Notes: generated by a model not told the origin, from the sequence alone. A DNA stretch of 60,600 bases, filler included, from 5 parts of 5 records of this genome joined end to end with filler, not necessarily neighbours in it, one strand, 5' to 3'; positions 1 to 11,424 are shown, counted from the whole stretch's first letter. Made by a program: numbers and translations.

Positions 1-2569
1 TGATGGGCCTCCTTATGCAAATGGACATATACATATGGGTACGGCGCTTAACAAAATTTTAAAAGATATAATAACTCGCTTTCATCAGATGAACGGCAAA
101 GACTCAGTTTATGTTCCAGGTTGGGATTGTCACGGATTACCCATAGAATGGAAAATTGAGGAGGAGTACAAAAAGAAAAAAAAAAATAAAGATGAGGTTC
201 CTATTAAAGATTTTAGACAAGAGTGCAGGGAATTTGCAAAAAGCTGGATTGATGTACATATAAAAGAATTTAAAAGACTAGGTGTTGTTGGAGATTTTGA
301 GAATTATTATTCAACAATGAGTTATGACGCTGAAGCTCAGATAGTCAGAGAATTAGGAAAATTTCTTTTGGATGGTAGCTTATATCAAGGTTTCAAGCCT
401 GTTTTATGGTCTACAGTTGAAAAAACTGCTTTAGCTGATGCTGAAGTTGAGTACATGGAACATACTTCAAATACCATTTATGTATCTTTTGAAATTAAAG
501 AGACAAAAAAAGATTTTTTAAAGGACGCTAGTATTATTATTTGGACTACAACGCCTTGGACTATTCCAGCTAACAAAGCATTAGCATTTAATAGCAATAT
601 TGATTATTCAGTTTTAGAGATCAGTGATCTTGAACATTTTAAAGGAAAAAAAATTGTAGTCGCAAAAAATTTGATAAATTCTTTATCTAAAGTGTGTGGT
701 ATTGATGATTTTAAAGAATTAAAAACATTTAAAGGTTCTGAGTTTAAAGGAACAATTTGTAGTCATCCATTTAAAAAAATGAATTTCGATTATGATGTCC
801 CAATGTTAGAAGCTCAATTTGTAAATCTAGAACAAGGAACTGGAATTGTACATTGTGCTCCAAGCCATGGTCCAGATGACTTCAATTTATGTTTAAAAAA
901 TAATATTCCTTCTCTTTACACAGTTGATAATGCAGGTTTATACACTAAAGAAATTCCCTACTTCACAAATACTCATATATTTAAAGCAGATCTAATAGTT
1001 ATAGAAAAGCTTAAAGAACAAAAAAAATTACTAAAAAGTGATAAGCTTAACCATAGCTACCCTCACTCATGGAGATCTAAAGCACCTCTTATTTACAGAG
1101 CAACACCACAATGGTTTATTTCAATGAAGAAAAATGATTTAAGAAATAAAGCTATCAAAGCTATTAATGAAACAATTTTTTATCCAGATAAGGGAAAAGA
1201 AAGATTGCTATCTATGGTCGAAGGTAGGCCAGACTGGTGTGTCTCCAGGCAAAGGGTTTGGGGAGTTCCTTTGCCAATTTTTATAAATAAGAAAACAAAA
1301 GAGCCTCTTAGAGATAAAAAAGTAATAGAAAGAATAGCTTCCATCTACGAAAAACAAGGTTCTGATTGCTGGTTTACCGATGATCCTAAAATTTTTCTTG
1401 GAGAGGAATACGATCCTAATGATTATCAAAAGCTTAATGACATTGTAGAGGTTTGGTTTGATAGTGGTTCCACCCACAGTTTTGTTTTAGAAAAAAGAGA
1501 AGATCTAAAATGGCCTGCAGACATGTATTTAGAAGGTTCTGATCAACATAGAGGATGGTTTCACTCCTCTTTACTGGAGTCGTGCGGAACAAGAGGTAAA
1601 GCTCCATTTAAAAGCATATTATCCCATGGATTTGTAGTAGACGGCAAAGGCATGAAAATGTCAAAATCAATGGGCAACGTAATTTCTCCTGATGATATTT
1701 TAAAAAATTATGGAGCTGATATTTTAAGAGTTTGGGTTGCCTCCTCTGATTACGCTGAAGATTTGAGAATTGATAAAAGTATATTAACACAACACGCTGA
1801 GTCTTATAGAAAGATAAGAAATACATTTAGATTTATGCTTGGAAACTTAAAGGATAATTTTGAGCAACAAAACTTTGAAAAATTAGATATTAATCAGTTT
1901 GATGAATTAGAAAAATATATTCTTCATAAAATTTATCTCATAAGCAAGTCAGTAGAAAATAATTTAAAAAATTATAATTTTCATAAACTTTATAAAGAAT
2001 TACTAAATTTTTGCACACTAGATCTTTCATCTTTTTATTTTGATATAAGAAAAGACGTACTTTATTGTGACGGTATAAAATCAGTAAAAAGAAAAAATTG
2101 TGTTGTAGTATTAAATATATTGCTAGAAAGCTTGCTTAAATGGTTTGCCCCAATCTTAGTTTTCACTACAGATGAAGTATATAGCTTAATTAATAAGGGA
2201 GATAAAAATATTCATGAACATTCCTTCGTTAAAGTTCCTAAAAACTGGGAGAATAAGGAACTAAATGAGAAATGGGATCAGCTGTTTAAGATTAAACAGG
2301 AAGCGAATATAGCAATAGAGGAAAAAAGATCTTTAAAAGAAATTGGATCAAGCTTAGAGGCATCAGTAAAATTAAAAGTAGATCAAAAAAAATATAATTT
2401 ATTAAAGAATTTAGATCTAGCTGAATACCTAATTACTTCTAATGCAGAAAAAGAATTATCTCAAAATGAAAAAATTAAAATTGATGTTAGCAAGGCAAAA
2501 GGAAATAAATGCCCAAGATGTTGGAAAATTTTAGAGTCCAAATGCATTAGATGTTCCGATTTAATATGA
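1..2569 (+). CDS. ileS: Isoleucine--tRNA ligase (5' partial, starts before the window)
   Basis: The frame from position 2 reads [14 protein letters not shown] (HIGH-motif variant); also [33 protein letters not shown] and a C-terminal CPRC..CIRC zinc finger. Confidence 0.98.
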   Translation, partial: DGPPYANGHIHMGTALNKILKDIITRFHQMNGKDSVYVPGWDCHGLPIEWKIEEEYKKKKKNKDEVPIKDFRQECREFAKSWIDVHIKEFKRLGVVGDFENYYSTMSYDAEAQIVRELGKFLLDGSLYQGFKPVLWSTVEKTALADAEVEYMEHTSNTIYVSFEIKETKKDFLKDASIIIWTTTPWTIPANKALAFNSNIDYSVLEISDLEHFKGKKIVVAKNLINSLSKVCGIDDFKELKTFKGSEFKGTICSHPFKKMNFDYDVPMLEAQFVNLEQGTGIVHCAPSHGPDDFNLCLKNNIPSLYTVDNAGLYTKEIPYFTNTHIFKADLIVIEKLKEQKKLLKSDKLNHSYPHSWRSKAPLIYRATPQWFISMKKNDLRNKAIKAINETIFYPDKGKERLLSMVEGRPDWCVSRQRVWGVPLPIFINKKTKEPLRDKKVIERIASIYEKQGSDCWFTDDPKIFLGEEYDPNDYQKLNDIVEVWFDSGSTHSFVLEKREDLKWPADMYLEGSDQHRGWFHSSLLESCGTRGKAPFKSILSHGFVVDGKGMKMSKSMGNVISPDDILKNYGADILRVWVASSDYAEDLRIDKSILTQHAESYRKIRNTFRFMLGNLKDNFEQQNFEKLDINQFDELEKYILHKIYLISKSVENNLKNYNFHKLYKELLNFCTLDLSSFYFDIRKDVLYCDGIKSVKRKNCVVVLNILLESLLKWFAPILVFTTDEVYSLINKGDKNIHEHSFVKVPKNWENKELNEKWDQLFKIKQEANIAIEEKRSLKEIGSSLEASVKLKVDQKKYNLLKNLDLAEYLITSNAEKELSQNEKIKIDVSKAKGNKCPRCWKILESKCIRCSDLI

Positions 2570-2570
2570 A

Positions 2571-3071
2571 ATGAATTTTTTAATTAGCTTAAAAAGAATA
2601 AAGAAAGATTTTTTATTAAAGGAAAATATTTATTTTTTAATATTAATATTGATAATATTTACTTTTGATAGATATACAAAGATAATAGTAATTAATAATC
2701 TAAGTGAGCAAAATTATTTTGTTAATGAATATATTAACTTTGATTTAATTTGGAACTCAGGAGTCGGTTTTGGTCTATTAGATACTCAATCAACTTTATT
2801 TTATAATTTTGTAACAACTTTGATTGGTTTGATAATATTAATCTTAATCTATATAATGATAAATTCAAAAAATCTGGATAAACTGATTTATTCTTCTATA
2901 TTAGGTGGTGCCTTAGGAAACTTTTATGATAGAATTGCATTTAAAGCAGTGCCAGATTTTATAGATTTACATTACAATTATTTTCATTGGTTTGTATTTA
3001 ATCTAGCAGATGTTTTTATTACAATAGGGATATTAACTTTAGTTTTCAGCGAAATATTTAAAAAAAATTAA
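2571..3071 (+). CDS. lspA: Lipoprotein signal peptidase II
   Basis: NSGVGFG, GGALGNFYDR, VPDFI and FNLADVFI motifs; directly follows ileS. Confidence 0.95.
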   Translation: MNFLISLKRIKKDFLLKENIYFLILILIIFTFDRYTKIIVINNLSEQNYFVNEYINFDLIWNSGVGFGLLDTQSTLFYNFVTTLIGLIILILIYIMINSKNLDKLIYSSILGGALGNFYDRIAFKAVPDFIDLHYNYFHWFVFNLADVFITIGILTLVFSEIFKKN

Positions 3072-3371
3072 ATGAAAAATTTTTGGTTATTGATTGGTGT
3101 ATTTTTATTTATTGTCTCATGCGGAGATGTAGGAAAAATTTTACGAAATGAAAAAATTAAGACCACTGACGAATTTTTAGTAAAGAAAAAAGGCCCTTTA
3201 GTGCTTCCTCCAAATTATGAGAAGATACCTAAACCAGACACAATAGAGAAGAAAACTGAAAACAATCAAAATAAAATCAAATCTATTCTAAAAACACCTA
3301 ATAAGGAAAAGAAAAAAACAATAAACTCTTTATCAATAGAAAAATCTATATTGGAAAAAATTAATAAGTGA
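3072..3371 (+). CDS. Small lipoprotein, DUF3035 family
   Basis: Lipobox (IVSC) and DEFLVKKKGPLVLPPNY motif; usual position after lspA in Alphaproteobacteria. Confidence 0.8.
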   Translation: MKNFWLLIGVFLFIVSCGDVGKILRNEKIKTTDEFLVKKKGPLVLPPNYEKIPKPDTIEKKTENNQNKIKSILKTPNKEKKKTINSLSIEKSILEKINK

Positions 3372-4585
3372 AAAACTCTAATTTATTTTTAAAAAATAAA
3401 ATACAAACTAAATTTGTTAGTCGTAAATCATTGCATTCTATTTATAAAAAATTTGAAAAAATCTATTTAGAGACAAAAAAAGATATTGAGGATACCAATA
3501 AAACTTTAAATGTTTTAAGTAGCAATTTTAATTTCAATTTTAAAATTAAAAATCTTAAAAAATTTAAAAAATTTAAAAAAATTGCTTTAATAGGTATGGG
3601 AGGATCTATATTAGGAGCAGAGGCAATATACAATTTTCTTCAGGCAAAAATAAAAAAAAAAATTTATTTTTTCAATAATTTAGATGAAAGAAAAATTATA
3701 GACTTTAAAAAAAAAGAAAATCAATCAAATGTGCTTTTTATTATTATTTCTAAATCAGGAAATACTTTAGAGACACTCTCAAACGTTTTTTTATTAAATA
3801 TTTTAAAAAAAAAAGCAAAAAATATTATTATAATTTCTGAGAAAAAAAACAATTCATTATTTTTATTATCTAAAAAATTTGATCTATTTTATATTGAGCA
3901 TAAAAAAAATGTTGGCGGAAGATATTCAGTGCTTTCAGAGGTAGGAATTCTTCCAGCATATTTAATGGGTTTAAATATATTTAAAATAAGATCTAAAATT
4001 AAAGATGGTTTTGGTAAAAAAAATAAATTTTTTATAAAAGAAAGCACAACAAAATTAGCAAGCTTAATGAATACAAAAAAATTTAACAATTTAGTATTAT
4101 TAAATTATTGCCCCGAGTTAGAAAAATTTCTATTTTGGTGTCAACAACTATTAGCAGAGAGCTTGGGAAAAAAGAGCAAAGGGTTTTTACCTTCAGTATC
4201 AAATGCACCAAAAGATCACCATAGTTTACTACAACTATATCTTGATGGCCCTAAAGATAAGATTTTTAATATTTTCAGCTTAGAAAAGAAATCGAATTTA
4301 AAAATAAATTTAAGCAAAAATAAAAATATAAGCAGTTATTTAAATAATAAAAAAATAAACAAAATTAAAATCTCTCAAAAAAATGCTTTGATCAAAGCTT
4401 TTGAAAAGAAAAAAATTCCTTATAGAGAATTCAGAATAAAGATAATTAATGAGGAAATTTTAGGCAAATTGTTCTCAATTTTTATAGTAGAAACAATTAT
4501 TTTGGGAAAATTATTGAATATTAATCCTTTTGATCAACCAGCTGTTGAACAAGTAAAAATTGATACAAAAAATTTTCTCATTTAA
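3368..4585 (+). CDS. pgi: Glucose-6-phosphate isomerase (short form)
   Basis: GMGGSILG, SKSGNTLET, VGGRYSVLS, QLLAESLGK, DHHSLLQL and NPFDQPAVEQVK motifs. Confidence 0.88.
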   Translation: MKNSNLFLKNKIQTKFVSRKSLHSIYKKFEKIYLETKKDIEDTNKTLNVLSSNFNFNFKIKNLKKFKKFKKIALIGMGGSILGAEAIYNFLQAKIKKKIYFFNNLDERKIIDFKKKENQSNVLFIIISKSGNTLETLSNVFLLNILKKKAKNIIIISEKKNNSLFLLSKKFDLFYIEHKKNVGGRYSVLSEVGILPAYLMGLNIFKIRSKIKDGFGKKNKFFIKESTTKLASLMNTKKFNNLVLLNYCPELEKFLFWCQQLLAESLGKKSKGFLPSVSNAPKDHHSLLQLYLDGPKDKIFNIFSLEKKSNLKINLSKNKNISSYLNNKKINKIKISQKNALIKAFEKKKIPYREFRIKIINEEILGKLFSIFIVETIILGKLLNINPFDQPAVEQVKIDTKNFLI

Positions 4586-5138
4586 AAAATCCAAATAAAA
4601 TCTTTGATCTTCCATAATTCTTTGTTTGAGTTATTTCAAGAATGTTTGATAATGCATCATTAGATTTTATTTCTCTATGAATAATCACAACGTGGTTTTT
4701 GTTAAAAATCTTATTACTTCTTATCAACTCAAGATTATTTAAAAATTGAATGTCAGCAAATGGAGGATCTAAAAAAAAAATGTTAAATTTCTCATCAGTT
4801 TTTTTGGAGAGAAAATTTTCTACTGCTCCATTATAAACTTCAGATTTATTCAAAATTGATAGTTTAATTAAGTTTTCTTTTAATATCTTCGCTGAGCCAA
4901 TATCACGTTCAACAAAAGTTACTTTTTTTGCTAATCTTGAAATACATTCGATCCCAAATGAACCAATACCAGAATACAAATCTAAAATATTTGAATTTTT
5001 TATTTCAGTTTTAAGTAAATTTGAGTGATCTAAAATGTTAAATATACTCTCCTTCACACTATCCTTAAGTGGTCTTGTATTTGAATTTTTAATAAAATTA
5101 ATTAATTTTCCCTTTAACGTCCCACTAATGACTCTCAT
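4578..5138 (-). CDS. rsmD: 16S rRNA m2G966 methyltransferase
   Basis: MRVISGTLKG..TRP, LDLYSGIGSFGIE and DPPF motifs. Confidence 0.93.
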   Translation of the reverse strand: MRVISGTLKGKLINFIKNSNTRPLKDSVKESIFNILDHSNLLKTEIKNSNILDLYSGIGSFGIECISRLAKKVTFVERDIGSAKILKENLIKLSILNKSEVYNGAVENFLSKKTDEKFNIFFLDPPFADIQFLNNLELIRSNKIFNKNHVVIIHREIKSNDALSNILEITQTKNYGRSKILFGFFK

Positions 5139-6403
5139 TTTTTTTCAATTACTCTCCAACCTATATCTTTTCTAAAAAACCCGTTATTCCAATCAAGTTT
5201 TTTTATAATTGAGATAATTTTATTTCTAATAGTTAAAAAGTTTTTTCCAACAGATGTAATATTTAAAACTCTACCACCATTTGAGACTAAATTATCCTCT
5301 ATAAATTTAGTCCCGGCGTGATAGATAAAACTTTGTTTAGATAATTTAATCTTATTTAAATTCTTTATGGCTAAATTTTTTTTATAGGAATCAGGATAAC
5401 CTTTTGAACATAGCACAATTGTCATACTTTTATTTTTTGACCATGAAATTTTAGTATCCTTTAATTTATTTTTTATTGTATTTTGAACAATTTTAACTAA
5501 ATCTGTTTTTAGTCTCGGCAATATTGCCTGGCATTCAGGATCTCCCATTCTAATATTATATTCTATCAAGAAGGGTTCATTTTTTTTTATCATTAAACCA
5601 ACATATAAAAATCCTTTATAAGATTTTTTTTTTATTCTTAGTGCATTTAATGTTGGTTTTACTATCTTTAAAATTATTTTTTTTTCTAATTTCTTAGTAA
5701 TAATAGGAGCAGGCGAATATGCACCCATACCCCCAGTATTTGGACCCTTATCTTTTTCAAAAACACGTTTATGATCTTGTGCAGTGCCAAAAAATTTAAA
5801 ATTATCATTATCGGCAATTATAAAGTAACTGGCTTCTTCTCCTTCTAGGAATTCCTCTAAAACAACTTTTTTTGAGGAATTAAATTTACCTTTAAAAATT
5901 TTATTAGTTTCTTTTATAACCTGTTTTCTTGTTTTACAAATTGTGACACCTTTACCGCCAGCCAAACCGTCTGCCTTTACTACTATTGGTAAAGGATAAT
6001 TATTTAAAAATTTTTTTACATGAATACTTTTCTTACAAATCTTAAACTTTGCTGTTGGAATCTTATTTTGCTCACAAATTTTTTTCATGAAGGCTTTAGA
6101 ACCTTCTAGTTTTGCAGCAAATTTGTTAGGACCAAAAACATTAATTTTATTTTTTTTTAAGAAATCAACTATGCCTTTAACCAAAGGTTCCTCTGGGCCA
6201 ACTATTACTATGTCAATTTTAAATTTTTTTACCAATTTTAGAATCTTTTTAAAATCTAAAATATTGACTTCGACATTAGTAGCTAGTTGAGATGTGCCTG
6301 CATTCCCAGGAAAACATATTATCCTTTTAACTTGTTTAGATTCATATAATTTTTTGCATAAAGCATGCTCTCTTCCTCCACTGCCAATTAATCCAATATT
6401 CAT
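5135..6403 (-). CDS. purD: Phosphoribosylamine--glycine ligase
   Basis: The real start is probably ATG 6403 (MNIGLIGSGGREHAL); KADGLAGGKGV, QDHKR..GPNTGGMGAYSP, RMGDPE. Confidence 0.97.
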   Translation of the reverse strand: MNIGLIGSGGREHALCKKLYESKQVKRIICFPGNAGTSQLATNVEVNILDFKKILKLVKKFKIDIVIVGPEEPLVKGIVDFLKKNKINVFGPNKFAAKLEGSKAFMKKICEQNKIPTAKFKICKKSIHVKKFLNNYPLPIVVKADGLAGGKGVTICKTRKQVIKETNKIFKGKFNSSKKVVLEEFLEGEEASYFIIADNDNFKFFGTAQDHKRVFEKDKGPNTGGMGAYSPAPIITKKLEKKIILKIVKPTLNALRIKKKSYKGFLYVGLMIKKNEPFLIEYNIRMGDPECQAILPRLKTDLVKIVQNTIKNKLKDTKISWSKNKSMTIVLCSKGYPDSYKKNLAIKNLNKIKLSKQSFIYHAGTKFIEDNLVSNGGRVLNITSVGKNFLTIRNKIISIIKKLDWNNGFFRKDIGWRVIEKK

Positions 6404-6431
6404 GTCTGAATTAATATTGTATAATTTATTG

Positions 6432-6626
6432 ATGGCTAAAAAAAAAGCTAAACTTATTTTTAAGCACAATTATTTTGAAATTATAGAAGAAGGTGATTAC
6501 GTAATATGTGCTATATCGGGAAAAGAAATACCATTAAGTAATTTAAACTATTGGAATGTAGATTTACAAGAGGCTTACTTTTCACCAATTGAAGTAAAAG
6601 AGAGACTTAAATCACAAAAAAACTAA
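6432..6626 (+). CDS. DUF2093 family small protein
   Basis: GDYVICAISGKEIPL.NLNYWNVDLQEAY matches DUF2093; start reassigned to ATG 6432 to avoid overlap with purD. Confidence 0.85.
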   Translation: MAKKKAKLIFKHNYFEIIEEGDYVICAISGKEIPLSNLNYWNVDLQEAYFSPIEVKERLKSQKN

Positions 6627-6628
6627 TC

Positions 6629-7486
6629 TTATTTCCATCTATTGTGTGTCAAAATCCACTGATAAAGGTTTCTTACAACCATTTTCTCCAACACTCTATT
6701 GAGTTTTTTAGTGAGTTCAATTTTGTTGGAAAAATCTTTTGGATGAATTCTCTTTTGAAATTCAATTTTATAGTTATTTTCTTTATCCCTCTCGATATAA
6801 ACAGGCAATATATCAATATTAAATTTAATAGATAATTGGGCCGGTAAAGTAGTGGTGAAGGCTGACTTATTAAAAAAATCAATTTTTTCACCTTCACTAA
6901 CTCTTTGATCTATCATAAGGGCAATAGAATTTTTTTTCTTCAGGTAATTAATTGACTCTCTCACTCCTCCAATTCCTTTTTTGATTTGATTTTTACAAAT
7001 ATATTTTTTTCTCAAGAATTCCATAAATGGATTTAAGAAAAAATTGTTTAAAGGTCTATATACAGTTGCTAATGGAATACCTTTTTTTGATATTTCCATT
7101 GACATTAATTCAAAATTCGCAAAATGCCCAGACACAAATATGACGGGTTTTTTTTCCTTAATAATTTGTAGTAAATTGCCTTCATCTTTTACACTCAAAT
7201 AAGAATTATTTTTGCGAAAATATTTTAAATAAACATATTCAATAAAAGTTATTCCGTAATTTTTCCACATTTTTTTTATTATTTTTTTCATCTCATCATT
7301 TGAAATTTTATGATCAATAATTTTTAAATTTTTTTTTGCTATTTTATTTGATTTTAAAATTGGACCTAAAAAAACAAAAAGAGCTGCAAATAATTTTCTA
7401 CTTATAGTCAATCCCAATATTCGACCTACTAAAAATAAGAGATAAACCATCATAGACTGAAAAAAATATTTAATAACTTTTGTCAT
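6629..7486 (-). CDS. lpxL: Lipid A late acyltransferase (LpxL/HtrB family)
   Basis: SGHFANFE and ALMIDQ motifs; in an operon with lpxK, waaA and msbA. Confidence 0.85.
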   Translation of the reverse strand: MTKVIKYFFQSMMVYLLFLVGRILGLTISRKLFAALFVFLGPILKSNKIAKKNLKIIDHKISNDEMKKIIKKMWKNYGITFIEYVYLKYFRKNNSYLSVKDEGNLLQIIKEKKPVIFVSGHFANFELMSMEISKKGIPLATVYRPLNNFFLNPFMEFLRKKYICKNQIKKGIGGVRESINYLKKKNSIALMIDQRVSEGEKIDFFNKSAFTTTLPAQLSIKFNIDILPVYIERDKENNYKIEFQKRIHPKDFSNKIELTKKLNRVLEKMVVRNLYQWILTHNRWK

Positions 7487-8412
7487 ATAATTTCTTTTAC
7501 CATAGAAAGTAAATTTTCTTGCTCTTCAATGACTAGTGAAACTTTAAGATAATTTATATTTTTTAAATTAAAATTTTTAATTTTGAAATAATCTTTTTCT
7601 GTCATAATGATTTCACAGCCAATCTTGTCAGCTTCAAAAATAATTTTTTGTATCTCTCTTTTAGAAAATTTGTAATGATCGGGAAATATGATTTTTTTTT
7701 CAAGTTTCAAATTATTATTTTCAACCAATTGAAAAAAATTTTCTGGGTTACCAATTCCAGCTAAAGCAAATAATTTTTTATCTCTAAATTCATTTAAGTT
7801 TTCCGCTTTGTACTTAGAGTAAAAAATTTTTAAGTCACTATTAACTTTTAAAATCTTGTCTTCAAAATTTTTATCTCTTTGACCGTTAATGACAATTATA
7901 TCTGCATTTGTCAAAGAGTCTAAACTTTCTCTTAAAGGACCTGCTGGCAAAACTAAGCCGTTACCGATTAATTGATTTTGATTAAAACAAATTATATTTA
8001 TATTCTTTTTAATACTGTAATCTTGATAGCCGTCATCAAGCACCGCAACGTCGTAACCAGATTTTATGGCTTCTTTTATGCCAGCTGTTCTTTTTGAATT
8101 TAAAATTAAACTTTCAAATGAGTTTTTTATTAGACCGTGTTCATCTGCATGTTTCTTGTAAAACTTTCTGATAATAACAGGTTTTTTTCCAAATCTAACA
8201 AGCTCTTTAGACAAGAAAATTGACATTGGAGTTTTACCTGTTCCTCCAATATATATGTTTCCAATACATATCACAGGAATTTTAAATGAATTATTTTTTG
8301 TAAAATTTCTTTTTAAAAATATTAAAAAAAGAACAATTAAGGAAAAAGGTAATAATAAAATTGAAATTAAACCAATTTTTTTATCCCAAAATTTCGGTTT
8401 TATCATCATCAT
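7483..8412 (-). CDS. lpxK: Tetraacyldisaccharide 4'-kinase
   Basis: GNIYIGGTGKTP, DDGYQ, PAGPLRE, FPDH and TEKD motifs. Confidence 0.95.
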   Translation of the reverse strand: MMMIKPKFWDKKIGLISILLLPFSLIVLFLIFLKRNFTKNNSFKIPVICIGNIYIGGTGKTPMSIFLSKELVRFGKKPVIIRKFYKKHADEHGLIKNSFESLILNSKRTAGIKEAIKSGYDVAVLDDGYQDYSIKKNINIICFNQNQLIGNGLVLPAGPLRESLDSLTNADIIVINGQRDKNFEDKILKVNSDLKIFYSKYKAENLNEFRDKKLFALAGIGNPENFFQLVENNNLKLEKKIIFPDHYKFSKREIQKIIFEADKIGCEIIMTEKDYFKIKNFNLKNINYLKVSLVIEEQENLLSMVKEII

Positions 8413-9679
8413 TTAAAAAATCTCCTAAAAGTCTAATCGTATCATTTAATGTTTTTTGTCCTAAATTTTTAATCGACTCAGGAGTGCTGCTATTTTTTTT
8501 ATAAGGATTTTCTAAATCTATGGCTAGATTTCTACTTAATTCTTCGTGATCATTCACCAGCTTAGAGATATTCTTTGATTTAAAAACATCGTATATTTCA
8601 CTGAAATTATAAACATATGGGCCATGATAAATCTTGCAATTTAATTTTGCAGCTTCAATAGGGTTTTGACCTCCAACCTCCTTTAACTTCTTAATTGTAG
8701 ATTTACCGATAAATACACTTTTTGCATATTTGAAATAATTTCGCAAAACACCAAAATGGTTAATTATCAAAACTTCTTTGTCATTATGAATTTTTTCATC
8801 CTTATTCAAAATCTGTGTTTTTAGATTAAATTTTTCAGATAAAATTTTAATTCGATTGGCTCTTTCGGTGTGTCGGGGTGCGATAATTGTAAGAATGTCT
8901 TTAAATTTTTCTTTTAGCTTTAAATGAGTCTTAATACAAAGGATGTCCTCCTCTTTATGAGTGCTTGCCGCAAACCAAAATCTCCTTTTTGTTAAAATAG
9001 CTTCGTTAGGATTTATAATTTTCTCTTCATCAATATGATCAATTAATTTTAAGTTTCCTTTATAATGAATGTTCTTTAAATTCAGTTTTTCAAATTTTTT
9101 TTTTGTTTCGATGTTTGCACATACGAATAAATCAAAAATTCCAAAAATTTTTTTTGCAATATTAGGAAAAATCATCCATTTTCTAAATGATTTTGAAGTC
9201 AATCTTGCATTAATTAGAGCAATTGGAATTCCATATTTTTTTGCTTTCAAAATTAAATTGGGCCAAATTTCTGAGTCAACTAGAAATATTTTTTTTGGTT
9301 TCCATGAGTTTAAAAAACTGTCAATTAAAAAAGGAACATCGAAAGGACAGTATCTGTGAAAAACATTATTAAATTTTTTTAATTCTAAGTCTGCAATTTT
9401 TCCGGAACTAAAAGTTGAAGTTGTGACTAAAAATTTTAAATTTTTGTGAACATGATTTAATTGATTAATAATAGGAATTATACTTTTAAATTCTCCAATG
9501 CTAGCAGCGTGAAACCAAACTAATCTAAAATTATTATTTTCAGCTGTTCCAAAATGTGATGTGAAAATTTTTTCTTTAAACCTTTTAGGATCCTCTTTTT
9601 TTAAAAATTTTCTAAAATAAACTAGCAAAATAAGAAAAGGATATAAAAATGTTGTTAGGACTCTATAGGAAAGAATCAT
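8381..9679 (-). CDS. waaA: Kdo transferase
   Basis: WFHAASIGE, SEIWPN, ASTH, APRH and GGQNPIEAA motifs. Confidence 0.95.
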   Translation of the reverse strand: MILSYRVLTTFLYPFLILLVYFRKFLKKEDPKRFKEKIFTSHFGTAENNNFRLVWFHAASIGEFKSIIPIINQLNHVHKNLKFLVTTSTFSSGKIADLELKKFNNVFHRYCPFDVPFLIDSFLNSWKPKKIFLVDSEIWPNLILKAKKYGIPIALINARLTSKSFRKWMIFPNIAKKIFGIFDLFVCANIETKKKFEKLNLKNIHYKGNLKLIDHIDEEKIINPNEAILTKRRFWFAASTHKEEDILCIKTHLKLKEKFKDILTIIAPRHTERANRIKILSEKFNLKTQILNKDEKIHNDKEVLIINHFGVLRNYFKYAKSVFIGKSTIKKLKEVGGQNPIEAAKLNCKIYHGPYVYNFSEIYDVFKSKNISKLVNDHEELSRNLAIDLENPYKKNSSTPESIKNLGQKTLNDTIRLLGDFLNDDDKTEILG

Positions 9680-9680
9680 T

Positions 9681-11423
9681 TTATTTTAATTGTTTCTGAT
9701 AAAGCGACTTATACTCCTCACAATTATTAATCAAAAAATCATGATTTCCTGAATTAACAATCTCACCATGTTTCATTACAAAAATTTTATCAGCGTTATG
9801 AATTGTTGATAACCTATGTGCTATAACCAATGTAGTTTTGTTTTTAGTTAGATTGTTAATAGCATTTTGCACGATCTCTTCAGACTCTGTATCTAGCGAG
9901 GAAGTAGCTTCATCTAATAAAATTATAGAAGATTCTTTTAAAATAGCTCTAGCAATTGAAACTCTCTGTTTTTGTCCACCGGATAACCTGACTCCATTTT
10001 CTCCAATCATAGTATTGTAACCATTTGGTAGTTTGTTGATAAATTCATCAGAAGCCGCAAATTTACAAGCTCTTATAATTTCTTCTTCAGAAGCATTAGG
10101 TTTTGCATATGCAATATTATTTTTAATTGTATCATCAAATAAAATAACATCTTGGCTTACAAGAGATATATTTTTTCTTAGTGAGGAAAGAGAAACATTC
10201 TTTATGTTTTGATTGTCAATTTCAATTGAGCCCTCCTGAGGCTCATAAAATCTTGGAAGTAAATTAATTATAGTACTTTTACCAGCTCCGCTATGACCCA
10301 CAAATGCTGCAATAGAACTGCCCTTTATATTAAAACTTATATTTTTAATCGCTTTTTCATGAGTTGTTTCATACTTAAATCCCACCTCATTAAATTTAAT
10401 TTCAGAATTTTTTAAAATAAGTTTTGGAGCATTCGCTATTTCTCTTATTTTTATTTCTTTATCTATTATATTGCTTATTCTTTTAAAAGCAGTAGCCCCT
10501 TGATAGGCTGCCATATTAATTGTCGCTAACGATCTAATAGGCTGGTAGGCGAGCATCATTGCAGCTAGAAAAGAAAAAAAATTGTTTATACCCAACTCTC
10601 CAGATGAAATTAATTTACCAGAAAAAACTATAAAACCCGCGATCATAAAACCTGTAAGTATTTCCATAATTGGAGTTGCTCGAACCAAGACGCTTCCAAT
10701 CTTAATATTTTTTTCCACTAAATCGTCTATTACTAGACTAGCTTTTTTATTTTCTTCATTTTCTTTTTGATAAATCCTGATCATTTTTGACCCTTTAAAT
10801 ATTTCGTTTAAAAATGAAGTGAGAATACCAGACGACTCTCCAGCTTTTGAGGTAGCTTTTCCAATCCTTTTACCCAAAGATTTTGCAAGTCCTCCAGCTA
10901 GAGGCATCATTATAATTGCAAAGAGTGCTAATTTCCAGTTTTGGTAAAACATTAAAGATACTAATGCGATCACTGAAAAAGTATCTTTCATCAAGTTCAA
11001 AACACCTGTGCCTACAAGATTTTGTACCTGTGCAGCATCAAACATTATGTTTGAAATATACTTTCCAGAATGTCTATTATCCAATGTCTGAATATCTGAT
11101 GTCAAAATAGTATTAGCGATTTTTTTTTGGAGAGCACCAGCTACCTCTTGCCCAACTCTAATAATATTTAATCTTGCAAAATAAAGAGACAACCCTTTAC
11201 TTGAGAAAGCAATAATAATTAAAATTGGTATAGACCAGGCAAATAGTTTGTCTTGTTGGATAAATATTTTTTTTACAGCTGGATCTAACAACCAAGCTAT
11301 ACTCGAAGTACTGACAGCCACAATGAGTGATAGAGCTAAAGATATTAAAATTTTTTTTATATGTTTTTTAACGTACTCTCTGTACATTCTTTTTAAGATC
11401 AATTTTAGTTCATCAAATTTCAT
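9681..11423 (-). CDS. msbA: Lipid A export ABC transporter (fused permease/ATPase)
   Basis: N-terminal TM domain, Walker A GHSGAGKST, LSGGQKQR and LLDEATS; lipid A operon context. Confidence 0.88.
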   Translation of the reverse strand: MKFDELKLILKRMYREYVKKHIKKILISLALSLIVAVSTSSIAWLLDPAVKKIFIQQDKLFAWSIPILIIIAFSSKGLSLYFARLNIIRVGQEVAGALQKKIANTILTSDIQTLDNRHSGKYISNIMFDAAQVQNLVGTGVLNLMKDTFSVIALVSLMFYQNWKLALFAIIMMPLAGGLAKSLGKRIGKATSKAGESSGILTSFLNEIFKGSKMIRIYQKENEENKKASLVIDDLVEKNIKIGSVLVRATPIMEILTGFMIAGFIVFSGKLISSGELGINNFFSFLAAMMLAYQPIRSLATINMAAYQGATAFKRISNIIDKEIKIREIANAPKLILKNSEIKFNEVGFKYETTHEKAIKNISFNIKGSSIAAFVGHSGAGKSTIINLLPRFYEPQEGSIEIDNQNIKNVSLSSLRKNISLVSQDVILFDDTIKNNIAYAKPNASEEEIIRACKFAASDEFINKLPNGYNTMIGENGVRLSGGQKQRVSIARAILKESSIILLDEATSSLDTESEEIVQNAINNLTKNKTTLVIAHRLSTIHNADKIFVMKHGEIVNSGNHDFLINNCEEYKSLYQKQLK

Positions 11424-11424
11424 T

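Noticed and set aside
6404-6469. Apparent long overlap between the purD and DUF2093 ORFs
   Set aside because: It disappears once starts are reassigned to ATG 6403 and ATG 6432.
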